DNA from: Candidatus Doudnabacteria bacterium | Lineage (GTDB): Bacteria > Patescibacteriota > Doudnabacteria > UBA920 > VMFF01 | Assembly (NCBI GenBank): GCA_028286905.1 | Contig: JAQBQP010000002.1 | Location: 245,458-309,457 of the forward strand | Reading direction: 5' to 3' | DNA: 64,000 nucleotides | In this document: positions 1 through 9,125 of the stretch, piece after piece | Layout of the letters: the number at the start of each line of letters is the position of its first letter | Position numbering within the stretch: position 1 is the stretch's first letter | Program-made: the position numbers and the translations under genes | Notes under the pieces: model-generated | Seen by the model: only the letters and a program-made list of their open reading frames with translations | Database searches by the model: none | What the model was told of the DNA's origin: nothing

Positions 1-693
1 AGAGAAGTTGAAATGCTTAAATCTAAATTCGGATCTGAAGTAGGAGATGAGCGAAAATTGGGTTCAGTTTTTGAAGCTATCTTGCATGAACAAATTGAAC
101 TTAATGAGTGGTTAGGCGCAGGAGCCACTACCGTAAAGACCAGTGATTATGACGATTATGTAGGTGGTATGGACGATATTGTAGAATTTGAAAGAGACGA
201 GGCCTCTTTGTATATGGGCTTGGCAATTGACGCAACGACTAGTTCAGATACTGCAAAAAAACTTCAAAGGATAAAAAAAGAAATAGAGCAAGGGGTATTA
301 CCCGGCATAAAATATTACCGCTCTTCACGCACAAAAGAAGCTCGAGAATTGCCAAACGTTCCAGTTTTAATTATCGAAGCAAGACCAGAAACTGTGATGC
401 AGCTTGCCGAGCTGTGGGTGGGTAGAAAAAATGCTACGTTGGGCAGGCATAGAATTCGAGTTCAAATTATTAAGGAAATGCTTATGCAGGCAAATTATTT
501 TAAAAAGTTTGCCATCCAGTGTAATAAATCAGGAGTGGCCCGGGTTTATGATTCTTTAATAGATCGCTTAGAAGGAATATTAGCTACAGTTGATAAAAAA
601 GAAGTCAAAGATGACGGTTCAATTTTCAACCTCGAGCAAGATATCCAAAGAGTTTTTGGTAAAATGGAAGCTTCAAAAACAAAAGCAGCTTAA
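1..693 (+). CDS. Hypothetical protein, possible PD-(D/E)xK-like fold; probably 5'-truncated by the window edge
   Basis: Frame is open from position 1 (AGA GAA GTT GAA ATG). Acidic motif SDYDDYVGGMDDIVEF...LAIDAT. Confidence 0.6.
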   Translation, partial: REVEMLKSKFGSEVGDERKLGSVFEAILHEQIELNEWLGAGATTVKTSDYDDYVGGMDDIVEFERDEASLYMGLAIDATTSSDTAKKLQRIKKEIEQGVLPGIKYYRSSRTKEARELPNVPVLIIEARPETVMQLAELWVGRKNATLGRHRIRVQIIKEMLMQANYFKKFAIQCNKSGVARVYDSLIDRLEGILATVDKKEVKDDGSIFNLEQDIQRVFGKMEASKTKAA

Positions 694-698
694 CAGTG

Positions 699-707
699 TG
701 ATATAAT
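699..707 (+). promoter_or_regulatory. Extended -10 promoter, probably giving a leaderless mRNA
   Basis: TG-A-TATAAT (TATAAT at 702-707), 6 nt before ATG 714; no SD. Confidence 0.55.
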
Positions 708-713
708 TTTAGT

Positions 714-1295
714 ATGTCTCTCAAAAAAATAGTTCTCGATTTAGAAACACAATATTTATTTAGTGAAGTAGGTGGCCGGGGCAAAAACCATTTGCTTAAA
801 GTATCTACCTGCGGTATTTACGAATATGAAAACGACAAGTTCTCAACCTATGCAGAAAATGAAATGCATAAACTTGGTGAACTTTTGCAAAATGCTGATC
901 AAATCATCGGGTTTAATATCAAAGATTTTGATTTTGAAGTTTTACAGCCATATCTGAATTTTAATATTCACGACCTGCCCTTTTTAGATATTATTCAGGA
1001 TGTACATAAACATTTGGGTAGGCGAGTCAGTTTAGATTCGATCGCACAAGCAACATTGGGTGCAGGCAAATCGGGCAGTGGCAAAGAAGCGATCCTGTAC
1101 TGGCGCAATGGCAGACATGATCTTTTGAAAAAGTATTGCTTGGACGATGTTCGGATCACAAGGGATGTTTATCAATATGGCATGTATAATCAAAAGATTT
1201 TATACAAAGATTTTTTTGAAATTAAAGAAATTCCTGTTATATGGCAAGAACCTCAGCCAAAAGTAGCAGTGCAAAAACAAGTGGCGCTATTTTAA
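714..1295 (+). CDS. RNase H-like DEDD 3'-5' exonuclease domain protein (YprB/RNase_H_2-like)
   Basis: VLDLET, IGFNIKDFDF and YCLDDV match DEDDy exonuclease motifs. Confidence 0.8.
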   Translation: MSLKKIVLDLETQYLFSEVGGRGKNHLLKVSTCGIYEYENDKFSTYAENEMHKLGELLQNADQIIGFNIKDFDFEVLQPYLNFNIHDLPFLDIIQDVHKHLGRRVSLDSIAQATLGAGKSGSGKEAILYWRNGRHDLLKKYCLDDVRITRDVYQYGMYNQKILYKDFFEIKEIPVIWQEPQPKVAVQKQVALF

Positions 1296-2083
1296 ATTTT
1301 AGCCTTAGCCAGCCCTTCGGACAAACGTTTAAGATTGGCTTTTTAAATATTCGCTATTATAGTTTAACTTTTGTCGGAGCAATAATTGCGGCTTACCTAG
1401 TTGCTCGGAATAGAGTTTTAAAAGCAGGGATTGCAGAAAAAACTTTTGAAGATATTGTTTTTTGGACAATCTTAATCGGTTTTCTAAGCGCACGAATTTA
1501 TTATGTTTTATTTTATTTTGATCAATATCGAAATAATTTAAGCGAAATTTATAAAATTTGGCATGGAGGTTTGGCAATTTATGGCGGGTTGATTGGCGGA
1601 GCGCTTACTTTGTATATGATGTGCCGCAAATATAAATTAGACTTCTTTAAGCTTTCCGATTTAGTAATGCTAGGTATTCCTATCGCACAGGCAATTGGCC
1701 GGTTAGGTAATTATTTTAACAATGAAGCTTTTGGTAAGCCCACAAACCTACCATGGAAAATCTTTATTCCTTTAAACCAGCGCCCGATCGGATACGAAAA
1801 CTACGCTTATTACCAGCCAACATTCTTGTACGAAATTATCGCGAATTTAATTATCTTTGTCTTACTATTTTTTATAGAGCGAAAAAATAAGCTGGTTCCA
1901 GGGGTGTTGACCGCGCTATATATAATTTTTTATAGCATCGCTCGTTTTGCAATTGAAGGCATTCGCCTGGACAGTGCTTATTTTGGACCGTTTAAAGGCG
2001 ATCAAGTGACCGCGGTATTGTTAATTTTACTTTCGCTCGGTCTTATGGTCTATTTAAAGCGTTTTAGGTATAATAGAGTCTGA
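1241..2083 (+). CDS. lgt: Prolipoprotein diacylglyceryl transferase (start uncertain)
   Basis: ARIYYV, IWHGGLAIYGGLIGG, QAIGRLGNYFNNEAFG, PTFLYE, RFAIEGIR. Confidence 0.93.
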   Translation: MARTSAKSSSAKTSGAILNFSLSQPFGQTFKIGFLNIRYYSLTFVGAIIAAYLVARNRVLKAGIAEKTFEDIVFWTILIGFLSARIYYVLFYFDQYRNNLSEIYKIWHGGLAIYGGLIGGALTLYMMCRKYKLDFFKLSDLVMLGIPIAQAIGRLGNYFNNEAFGKPTNLPWKIFIPLNQRPIGYENYAYYQPTFLYEIIANLIIFVLLFFIERKNKLVPGVLTALYIIFYSIARFAIEGIRLDSAYFGPFKGDQVTAVLLILLSLGLMVYLKRFRYNRV

Positions 2084-2084
2084 T

Positions 2085-2807
2085 ATGCCCCATAAAGTTA
2101 TTAGCAGTATTATCGCATTAGTTTTCTTGGTTTTAATACAGACCACCAGCAAAGTTTTTCGTTTTTTGTTGCCGGTTATGCTGCTGTATTTTATTGTGGT
2201 AATGGCTTATAACTATTGGTATTTAAAGAAACATAATTTTTATGTTTTCTGGTCCTGGCTTAGAATGCTGTTCTTTTTGGCTTCAATCGTCTCGATTTAT
2301 TTTGTGATTCCCAGCGGGTTCATCAAAGGCATCTTTTTGATTTTTGCCTCAGCCTTCGTTTATTTCCTAGAGCTGCGTTTATTGATTGCCTCGGAACAAG
2401 TCTTGTTTTTTGAAACGCTATTGTCGTATTTTGGCTTGGCCTTGGGTATTTTTGGAAATAATTACTATCTTTTGCCGAAGAATTTTATAACTTTAATTTT
2501 GTTAGGCCTAGCGACTTATTTAATTGCCCGAGCATCATTTGATTATGCACCTCAATCCCGCCAACAAAAAAACTTTTTTGCTTGGTTTATTGCCTTCTGT
2601 GTTTTAGAAGTTAGCTGGGCGCTCATATTTTTGCCCTTTCACTTTACAGTCCTAGCCGTAATTCTTTTTAATATCTTCTATGTTTTATGGATAATAACCT
2701 ATTATCATTTATTTCATAATCTTAGTATGAAAAAAGTTTCTTTTCACATGATTTTTTCTACAATTTTAATTTTATTAACTCTTTTATCGACGCCTTGGAA
2801 AATATAA
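2085..2807 (+). CDS. Polytopic membrane protein (DUF5656-like)
   Basis: About 8 hydrophobic helices; C-terminal EVSWALIFLP...FYVLW pattern. Confidence 0.6.
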   Translation: MPHKVISSIIALVFLVLIQTTSKVFRFLLPVMLLYFIVVMAYNYWYLKKHNFYVFWSWLRMLFFLASIVSIYFVIPSGFIKGIFLIFASAFVYFLELRLLIASEQVLFFETLLSYFGLALGIFGNNYYLLPKNFITLILLGLATYLIARASFDYAPQSRQQKNFFAWFIAFCVLEVSWALIFLPFHFTVLAVILFNIFYVLWIITYYHLFHNLSMKKVSFHMIFSTILILLTLLSTPWKI

Positions 2808-2817
2808 TTCAATCTTT

Positions 2818-3861
2818 ATGTCAAAAAAAGCAATTACATTTGTTATCCTTAGTTCGTTAGTGATCGGCGGTATCGGCGGCTGGCTCTTTAACCGGTATCT
2901 AATTCCAAAAATTAACACTATTTCTTTTTTAGTTAAATACAACTTAGCACCACAAACCGCTCCTTTGATTATAAATCGCCGAGAAGAAATCCGAGTAAAC
3001 GAAGGTTCGGATAGTATTGCTGCGATCCAAAAAGTAAAACCTTGGGTAGTTGGAATTGTTAGCGGGGCAGACTTAGGTCATGCTCAAGTTGCTTCTGCCG
3101 GAGTGGTTTTAACGTCAGACGGATTAATTGCGGCTAGCAAGAACTCCTTATTAGCAACTGTGAAGACCGTGAATGTTTCTTTTTCAGACGGAACCTTTGC
3201 GCCAGCGACAGAAGTAGCAAGCGATCCAGCAAGCGATTTGGTTTTCTTAAAAGTAGATAAAACTAATTTGGCTACCGCTTCTTTGGGTTATTCAAAAGAT
3301 ATGCAGCTTGGGCAAAGAATTATTGTTTTGTCACCAACTTTAAATGAATTTCAACCAGTCGATCAAGTTGCTTATTTGGCAGCGGAAGTAAAAAATATTG
3401 CAAATAAAACTTATTCAACAGATTTGATTAATCAAACTTTTAAAGTTGATGACCTAGTAAATGTTCCCGATGGCTCAATGGTGCTGTCCTTAGATGCAAA
3501 TGTGCAAGGAATTTACTCCGGCTCTACAGTTATTACTGCGGACACAATTCGAAGCGCTTTAAATAGCTATTTTTCCACTGGAAAGATTGTTAGAAATCAT
3601 TTAGGTTTTTCTTACGCTCCGGTATCAAAAATTATGGCAAACGCTTTTGGTGCAACGTCCGGAGTGCTTGTCAAAAAGCCAGATTCTAAATCTAATTTAC
3701 TAGACGGAGATTTAATAACAGCCGTGAATGGTACGGCTATTAATATTGATAATTCCTTTGAAGATCAAATTCAAAAAGCCAAAGTAGGCGATGTGCTTGA
3801 CCTGCAAGTTATTAGAAATAAACTGTCGCAAAGTATTAAGATTACAGTTGGCGCAGAATAA
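2818..3861 (+). CDS. HtrA/DegP-like trypsin-fold + PDZ membrane protein with a degenerate active site
   Basis: N-terminal TM; SAGVVLTSDGLI, DPASDLVFLKV; PDZ GDLITAVNG. The TNxH and GNSGG motifs are not conserved. Confidence 0.8.
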   Translation: MSKKAITFVILSSLVIGGIGGWLFNRYLIPKINTISFLVKYNLAPQTAPLIINRREEIRVNEGSDSIAAIQKVKPWVVGIVSGADLGHAQVASAGVVLTSDGLIAASKNSLLATVKTVNVSFSDGTFAPATEVASDPASDLVFLKVDKTNLATASLGYSKDMQLGQRIIVLSPTLNEFQPVDQVAYLAAEVKNIANKTYSTDLINQTFKVDDLVNVPDGSMVLSLDANVQGIYSGSTVITADTIRSALNSYFSTGKIVRNHLGFSYAPVSKIMANAFGATSGVLVKKPDSKSNLLDGDLITAVNGTAINIDNSFEDQIQKAKVGDVLDLQVIRNKLSQSIKITVGAE

Positions 3862-3862
3862 A

Positions 3863-4711
3863 ATGAAAATTATAATTTTCGGAGCCAAGGGAATGCTCGG
3901 CTCGGAACTGGTTCGCCAGTTATCAAAGCATCAGCTTTTGGCACTAGATAGCACAGACCTGGATGTTACTGATAAACAAGCTGTACAGAAAAAAATTGAG
4001 CAGTTTGAACCGGAAGTAGTATTCAACTGTGTCGCATACAATGCTGTTGATAAGGCGGAGCAAGATCCAGAAAAAGAACGAGCCTTTTTGCTAAATGCCG
4101 AAGCGGTTGGCTATATTGCTGAAGCAGCTCAGAAGCTAAACGCAATCTTGGTGCACTATAGTACTGGTTTCGTTTTTGATGGACTAAGCCAAGAAGGGTA
4201 TAATGAACAGGCTATCGCAAAACCGATCAGTGTTTACGGCAAAAGTAAGCTTGTTGGGGAAACCGAAGCTGCTAAATGCTATAAACATTACATAATTCGG
4301 CTAAACCTATTATTTGGCGAACCTGGTTCTGCTGCTAACGCAAAGCGCAGCTTTCCGGATTTAATCTTGGAATTGTCAAAAGCACAGAAGGAGTTTAATT
4401 TTGTTACCGATGAAATTAGCACACCTACTTATAGCGCAGATCTAGCAAAAGCTAGTATTGAGTTAGTAGATAAAAAATATCCTTATGGTATTTACCACTT
4501 GCCGAACGACGGGCAAGCGTCGTGGTATGATTTTGCAGCAGAAGTTTTTAGGATAAAAAATATTGACGTGCAATTAACTAGAATAACTGCCGATAAATTT
4601 GTAAGAGCAGCACGTAGACCCAAGAATTCTGTGCTGTTAAATACAAAATATCCTAAGCAGCGTGCTTGGCAAGAAGCACTTTCTGAATATTTAAATAAAG
4701 AATCTTTATGA
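3863..4711 (+). CDS. rfbD: dTDP-4-dehydrorhamnose reductase
   Basis: GAKGMLG, NCVAYNAVDKAE, HYST, YGKSK. ATG 3863 directly follows the upstream stop. Confidence 0.93.
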   Translation: MKIIIFGAKGMLGSELVRQLSKHQLLALDSTDLDVTDKQAVQKKIEQFEPEVVFNCVAYNAVDKAEQDPEKERAFLLNAEAVGYIAEAAQKLNAILVHYSTGFVFDGLSQEGYNEQAIAKPISVYGKSKLVGETEAAKCYKHYIIRLNLLFGEPGSAANAKRSFPDLILELSKAQKEFNFVTDEISTPTYSADLAKASIELVDKKYPYGIYHLPNDGQASWYDFAAEVFRIKNIDVQLTRITADKFVRAARRPKNSVLLNTKYPKQRAWQEALSEYLNKESL

Positions 4712-5421
4712 AAGGTATCATTTTATCTGGCGGTAAAGGCACTCGTTTACACCCGTTGACCAAAATTACTTCAAAACAATTGTTGCCGGTTTATGATAAG
4801 CCAATGATTTTTTATCCATTGGAAACATTGTTAGCAGGTGGTATCAAAGAAATTTTAATAATTGTCGCTCCAGATCGAGCCGGCGATTATTTAAACTTGC
4901 TTGGCTCCGGAAAAGATTTTGGCGCTAGGTTTACTTACGAAGTTCAAGATAAGCCAGAAGGCTTGGCCCAGGCTTTTCACATTGGTGAAGGTTTCGTGGG
5001 CAATGACTCCGTGGCAATGATTCTCGGAGACAATATTTTTGAAGATGACTTCGGTGATGTAATTAGAAATTTTAAAAGCGGCGGACATGTTTTTGCTAAG
5101 AAAGTTGCTGATCCTGAACGTTTCGGAGTAGTGAAATTTAATGATCAAATGCAAGCAGAAAAAATCGTGGAAAAGCCGACAGAGTACCTTTCTGATTATG
5201 CGATCACAGGCTTATATATTTACGATAACAAAGTTTTGCAAGCGGCCAAAGAATTAAAACCCTCGGCTAGAGGGGAGTTAGAAATTGTGGATCTGCACAA
5301 CTGGTATTTGGACAGGAATGAACTAAAAGTAAGTATCGTTAATGGGGCATGGTTTGATGCTGGAACGCCGGACTCTTTATTTAAAGCAAATCAGTTCGTT
5401 TATAACAAGAAGACTCTTTAA
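4708..5421 (+). CDS. rfbA: Glucose-1-phosphate thymidylyltransferase (short form)
   Basis: GIILSGGKGTRLHPLT, SKQLLPVYDKPMI, LGDN, SARGELEI, WFDAGT. Confidence 0.93.
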   Translation: MKGIILSGGKGTRLHPLTKITSKQLLPVYDKPMIFYPLETLLAGGIKEILIIVAPDRAGDYLNLLGSGKDFGARFTYEVQDKPEGLAQAFHIGEGFVGNDSVAMILGDNIFEDDFGDVIRNFKSGGHVFAKKVADPERFGVVKFNDQMQAEKIVEKPTEYLSDYAITGLYIYDNKVLQAAKELKPSARGELEIVDLHNWYLDRNELKVSIVNGAWFDAGTPDSLFKANQFVYNKKTL

Positions 5422-5424
5422 TTT

Positions 5425-6327
5425 ATGCACGTTCAATCCAAAACCCATCGAGCAATTTCAGTAATAGCAATTTCGCTGATCTCTTTTGTCGGCTTGGAGC
5501 TTTTGGTCTATATAAATAATCTTTACCTGACCCAAACTTACATTATGGTCAGCTTTTATATTTACTTCTTCATGCTTCTTTGGCTTTACTTTATTTTTGA
5601 TCTTCATTTTAAAGACCGCGATTATTTAGATGCAAAAACCATTACTCGAACGATCGGCCGCAGATTTAAGCATTTTGCAGTTTGGGAAAATTTTCGATAT
5701 TTCCAAAATTTTCTAATCCTGCCAGGGTTATTATATTGGGGTTCGATTGTTTTGATCGGAATAAATTTTGGCCATCTAAAGTTACAGCACTTTATCGCAG
5801 TGACTACTTCCTTGGCATTGGTTGTGGCGTATTCTTTATTTAAAGAAGTATTCCATCAAAAACAGGCCCCTATTACAAATAGCCATTTCGTAATGTTAAC
5901 TTATATCAAAGTTTATGCTTCCTGGCTGGTTTATGCTGGATCTTTAGGGATAGTTTGGTATTATTGCTTTAAGCCAATAGTTTTTTACGTAGTGGTTTTT
6001 TTGGTAACTTTAATGCTGTTATATCAAGCGCTATTCCAGTTTTGCAAAATCACTTTGCAAAATCTTGGCTTGGCAGTGCTAGTTTCCTTGGTAATGGCTT
6101 TAACTTCCTTTTTTGTTTACCAATTTTGGAATGTTAATTACTTTTCCGCCGGTTTATTTTTAATGGCCTTTTATAATTTTCTTTGGAATATTCTTTATCA
6201 TCTAATAAAAAAAACCTTGAACGGACAGGTTTTTTTAGAACAGTTAACGATCTTTATTTTAATCGTTGTGATGGTTTTTGGAGTGACAAATTTCAAAGCA
6301 AAAATTGAACGATGTGTCTTTTACTAG
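5425..6327 (+). CDS. Polytopic membrane protein (possible distant paralog of 2085..2807)
   Basis: About 9-10 TM helices; C-terminal half has a similar layout. Confidence 0.6.
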   Translation: MHVQSKTHRAISVIAISLISFVGLELLVYINNLYLTQTYIMVSFYIYFFMLLWLYFIFDLHFKDRDYLDAKTITRTIGRRFKHFAVWENFRYFQNFLILPGLLYWGSIVLIGINFGHLKLQHFIAVTTSLALVVAYSLFKEVFHQKQAPITNSHFVMLTYIKVYASWLVYAGSLGIVWYYCFKPIVFYVVVFLVTLMLLYQALFQFCKITLQNLGLAVLVSLVMALTSFFVYQFWNVNYFSAGLFLMAFYNFLWNILYHLIKKTLNGQVFLEQLTIFILIVVMVFGVTNFKAKIERCVFY

Positions 6328-6335
6328 TTGTTATT

Positions 6336-7787
6336 TTAATGCCACCAAGTTACCAGCAATAAAGTAGATAGAACTAACATTAATACTATTATATTTGAAC
6401 CGCGAGTTAAGTCTTCGCGGTACTTTTTTTTGCTAAGATGTAAAGTGTCCCCAAGTAAGAAGAGCAAGAACATTGCTCCGGCAACAAGCACGATGTATTT
6501 AAAAGTATTGTAAAGATCAGGGGATTGAGCCTTTGCTACAATATGTCCCAAAGTTTTGGGATCTTCAGCGGTAGATAATGGATAGTCTTTCAGCGCGATA
6601 CTTAAATTTGATTTATTGCCGTATTGATCTTCAGCGGTAATTAAAACAGTGCTATTCTGGTAGTTCGTGTATTCCCCTAGAATTAAACCGCCAACATATT
6701 TATTATTATTTGAAACTAAGTTTATATTTTGACCCAACAAAGAAGCGCTAACTGTCTGAGGTGCTCCCGTAACAGCTACGCTAAATTGGATGTTTAGCTG
6801 GTTGTTTTGAACCTGTGGGGTTACTTGAATGGACTGCTCCGCAATTTGTGGAGGGTTGTAAGCGATATCGACTTTATAAGCATTGCTTTTAGCAGTATTA
6901 ATAGTAGCAACAAAGGTGTGCGTACCATTATTTAGGGCTCTAAAAGTATAAATAAAATTACCGTTCGTATCGGATTGAGCAGTTACTGGCGTTGCACTGG
7001 AAGCGGAGTCTGTAATTTTGATAGTAGAATTAGGTGTCGTACTGCCCGTAAGCGTAATAGAGTTTTTATGCACAGTATTATCAGTATTGTTGATGACAAT
7101 ATTAACGCTTGGTGCAGTGTTTGTTTTTGCAGGAACGTTCGACGGGGTAGTAGGGATAGGAGACGGGGTTGGATTTTTAATAACCGGTTTATTTGTAACA
7201 GTTGAAGGTTTTGTTGGAGGAGGTGTAGCTGTTGTTTGGGTTGGGGCTTTTGGAGTGGATTTTTTTGGTTGAGTGCCAAAAGTATTCGCAACTGCAACGC
7301 TATATTCGCCGTTGTTAGTGTCCCCCATTGCCACGCCCATCCCTTCATCTTCAAAAGATGTGTTTAAAAGGTTAGCACGGTGAGTTGGGCTATCAATCCA
7401 AGCGGCAACTAGGCCTGCGGTATCAGAAAAATCGATCGCTAAATTTTCTCCCAAAACGGTGTAAGGGGTATATCCTTCAGCGACGATTTTATCCCAAATA
7501 TAATGACCTTCGGGGTCGGTATGTGAGAAGTACTTTCGGGCAATCATATCCTTAGCCTTATAATCGGCGGCGGCGGCGAGTTTAGCGTTGTAATTTAATG
7601 GAATTAGGTTTCGTTGGGTTCTTTCATTATTTACAGCGTTAGTAACATTGGCTACAGTGATATCTGAAGCCCCTGCAATTATGGTTAAATCGCCAGTGTA
7701 TAGGGTATTTAGCCCAATTCTTGTAGTCAAAAGAACCAATGCAATTGCTAGGATTACTTTGTATTGTTTGAAAGTTCGCTTAGGCAT
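6336..7787 (-). CDS. CAP/SCP domain surface protein with a Pro/Thr linker, Ig-like region and C-terminal TMs
   Basis: VNNERTQ, YFSHTDPEG, GENLA, WIDSPTHRANLL; PT-rich linker; two C-terminal TMs. Confidence 0.88.
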   Translation of the reverse strand: MPKRTFKQYKVILAIALVLLTTRIGLNTLYTGDLTIIAGASDITVANVTNAVNNERTQRNLIPLNYNAKLAAAADYKAKDMIARKYFSHTDPEGHYIWDKIVAEGYTPYTVLGENLAIDFSDTAGLVAAWIDSPTHRANLLNTSFEDEGMGVAMGDTNNGEYSVAVANTFGTQPKKSTPKAPTQTTATPPPTKPSTVTNKPVIKNPTPSPIPTTPSNVPAKTNTAPSVNIVINNTDNTVHKNSITLTGSTTPNSTIKITDSASSATPVTAQSDTNGNFIYTFRALNNGTHTFVATINTAKSNAYKVDIAYNPPQIAEQSIQVTPQVQNNQLNIQFSVAVTGAPQTVSASLLGQNINLVSNNNKYVGGLILGEYTNYQNSTVLITAEDQYGNKSNLSIALKDYPLSTAEDPKTLGHIVAKAQSPDLYNTFKYIVLVAGAMFLLFLLGDTLHLSKKKYREDLTRGSNIIVLMLVLSTLLLVTWWH

Positions 7788-7862
7788 AACTTGAGCTAAT
7801 CGTATTTTAATCAGTTCCTTAATTATATCTAAAATATTGATTTACCGCGAGAAATGTGGTCC

Positions 7863-7891
7863 TTGACAAAAGGACAGTTTTGGGGTATGAT
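7863..7891 (+). promoter_or_regulatory. Sigma70-type promoter of the sortase gene
   Basis: TTGACA (7863-7868), 17 nt spacer, TATGAT (7886-7891). Confidence 0.7.
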
Positions 7892-7924
7892 GTTGAATCA
7901 ACCTATTAAAAAGGCATCTAACCT

Positions 7925-9124
7925 ATGGAATATCCACAAGGCACAAATGATCTATACGAGCTTTTAGGAGCTGACAAACATGGACATGAAGACGCTGTTA
8001 ACAGCGGTCATGAACACGTTTTAGACATGCCTGTGGAGACCCATGGCGATTCAAGAGCAACTCAAAGCATTGATAATATGGATCCGGTAATTAGCAAAGA
8101 TCCAAAAACAAATGCAGTGGTAATCAAACTTTCGAAGTTAAATCCATTTCAGCTTATCAAGTCCGGGTGGCCTTATCTAATAATCTTCTTTGTAGCTTTA
8201 TTCTTTTACTTAATCCTTTTTACAAATTTTTCAGTGCTTTCTTATATAAAGAGTGTGCCATCTCAAGTTCAAACTAATGTTGCTCAAGCCGATAAACCAC
8301 AATACGCGAACATAGATGCTTACAATGCTTGGATCCGCTCTTACTTTTACGAAGTTAATGATCCAGCAGTGTTAGATCCAGCGACTGATCTTTCTGGAAA
8401 TGGCTTATCTAACTATCAAAAATTTGTGCTTGGTTTAAACCCAAAGAAGAAAGATACGATGGGATTAGGAATGACTGATACTCAAGCGTTGCTTTCTGGA
8501 ATTAACCCTTTGACTGGCAGCCCCTTAAACGATAATCAAAAGAAGTTAATTGCTGATTACATCGATTTGGAATCTGTTGCAAATAAGTTGGCATTGCAAA
8601 CTGCGGATAATACTCCGAAAGTAGCCGGCGCAACTACAGCAAGTAACGACCTAACCAGAGATGGAATTGAGATCAATACAAATATTCCGGCGCAGATAGA
8701 TATTCCAAAGTTAAAAATTTCAGTGCCACTGATTTGGACGAAAGACACCAAGAATTTTGATACCGATTTAGCGCAGGGTGTGGTGCATTATCCAGGTACA
8801 GCTTTACCTGGGGATATTGGAACCGCTTATATCTCTGGTCACTCCTCTAACTATTCTTGGGCAAAAGGCTCTTACAATAAAGTATTCGAAACTTTAGACG
8901 GTTTGAAACAATACGATTCATTTTCGATAACCGCAACCGACGTTAATGGCAAGAAAGTCACTTTCCATTATGTCGTTACTAAAAAACAAGTTTATGCAGC
9001 TGACGATCAAGCACAATTTATCAGCCAAGATAAATCAATCGTTGCATTATCAACCTGCTGGCCAATTGGTACCTCTGCAAAACGTTTAGTTGTTTTTGGA
9101 GAGTTAAGCCAAACAGACAAGTAA
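7925..9124 (+). CDS. Sortase-family transpeptidase with an N-terminal TM and TSP3-like repeats
   Basis: IDIPKLKI, GVVHYPGTALPG, ISGHSS, LSTCWP, KRLVV give a His-Cys-Arg triad. Confidence 0.9.
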   Translation: MEYPQGTNDLYELLGADKHGHEDAVNSGHEHVLDMPVETHGDSRATQSIDNMDPVISKDPKTNAVVIKLSKLNPFQLIKSGWPYLIIFFVALFFYLILFTNFSVLSYIKSVPSQVQTNVAQADKPQYANIDAYNAWIRSYFYEVNDPAVLDPATDLSGNGLSNYQKFVLGLNPKKKDTMGLGMTDTQALLSGINPLTGSPLNDNQKKLIADYIDLESVANKLALQTADNTPKVAGATTASNDLTRDGIEINTNIPAQIDIPKLKISVPLIWTKDTKNFDTDLAQGVVHYPGTALPGDIGTAYISGHSSNYSWAKGSYNKVFETLDGLKQYDSFSITATDVNGKKVTFHYVVTKKQVYAADDQAQFISQDKSIVALSTCWPIGTSAKRLVVFGELSQTDK

Positions 9125-9125
9125 A

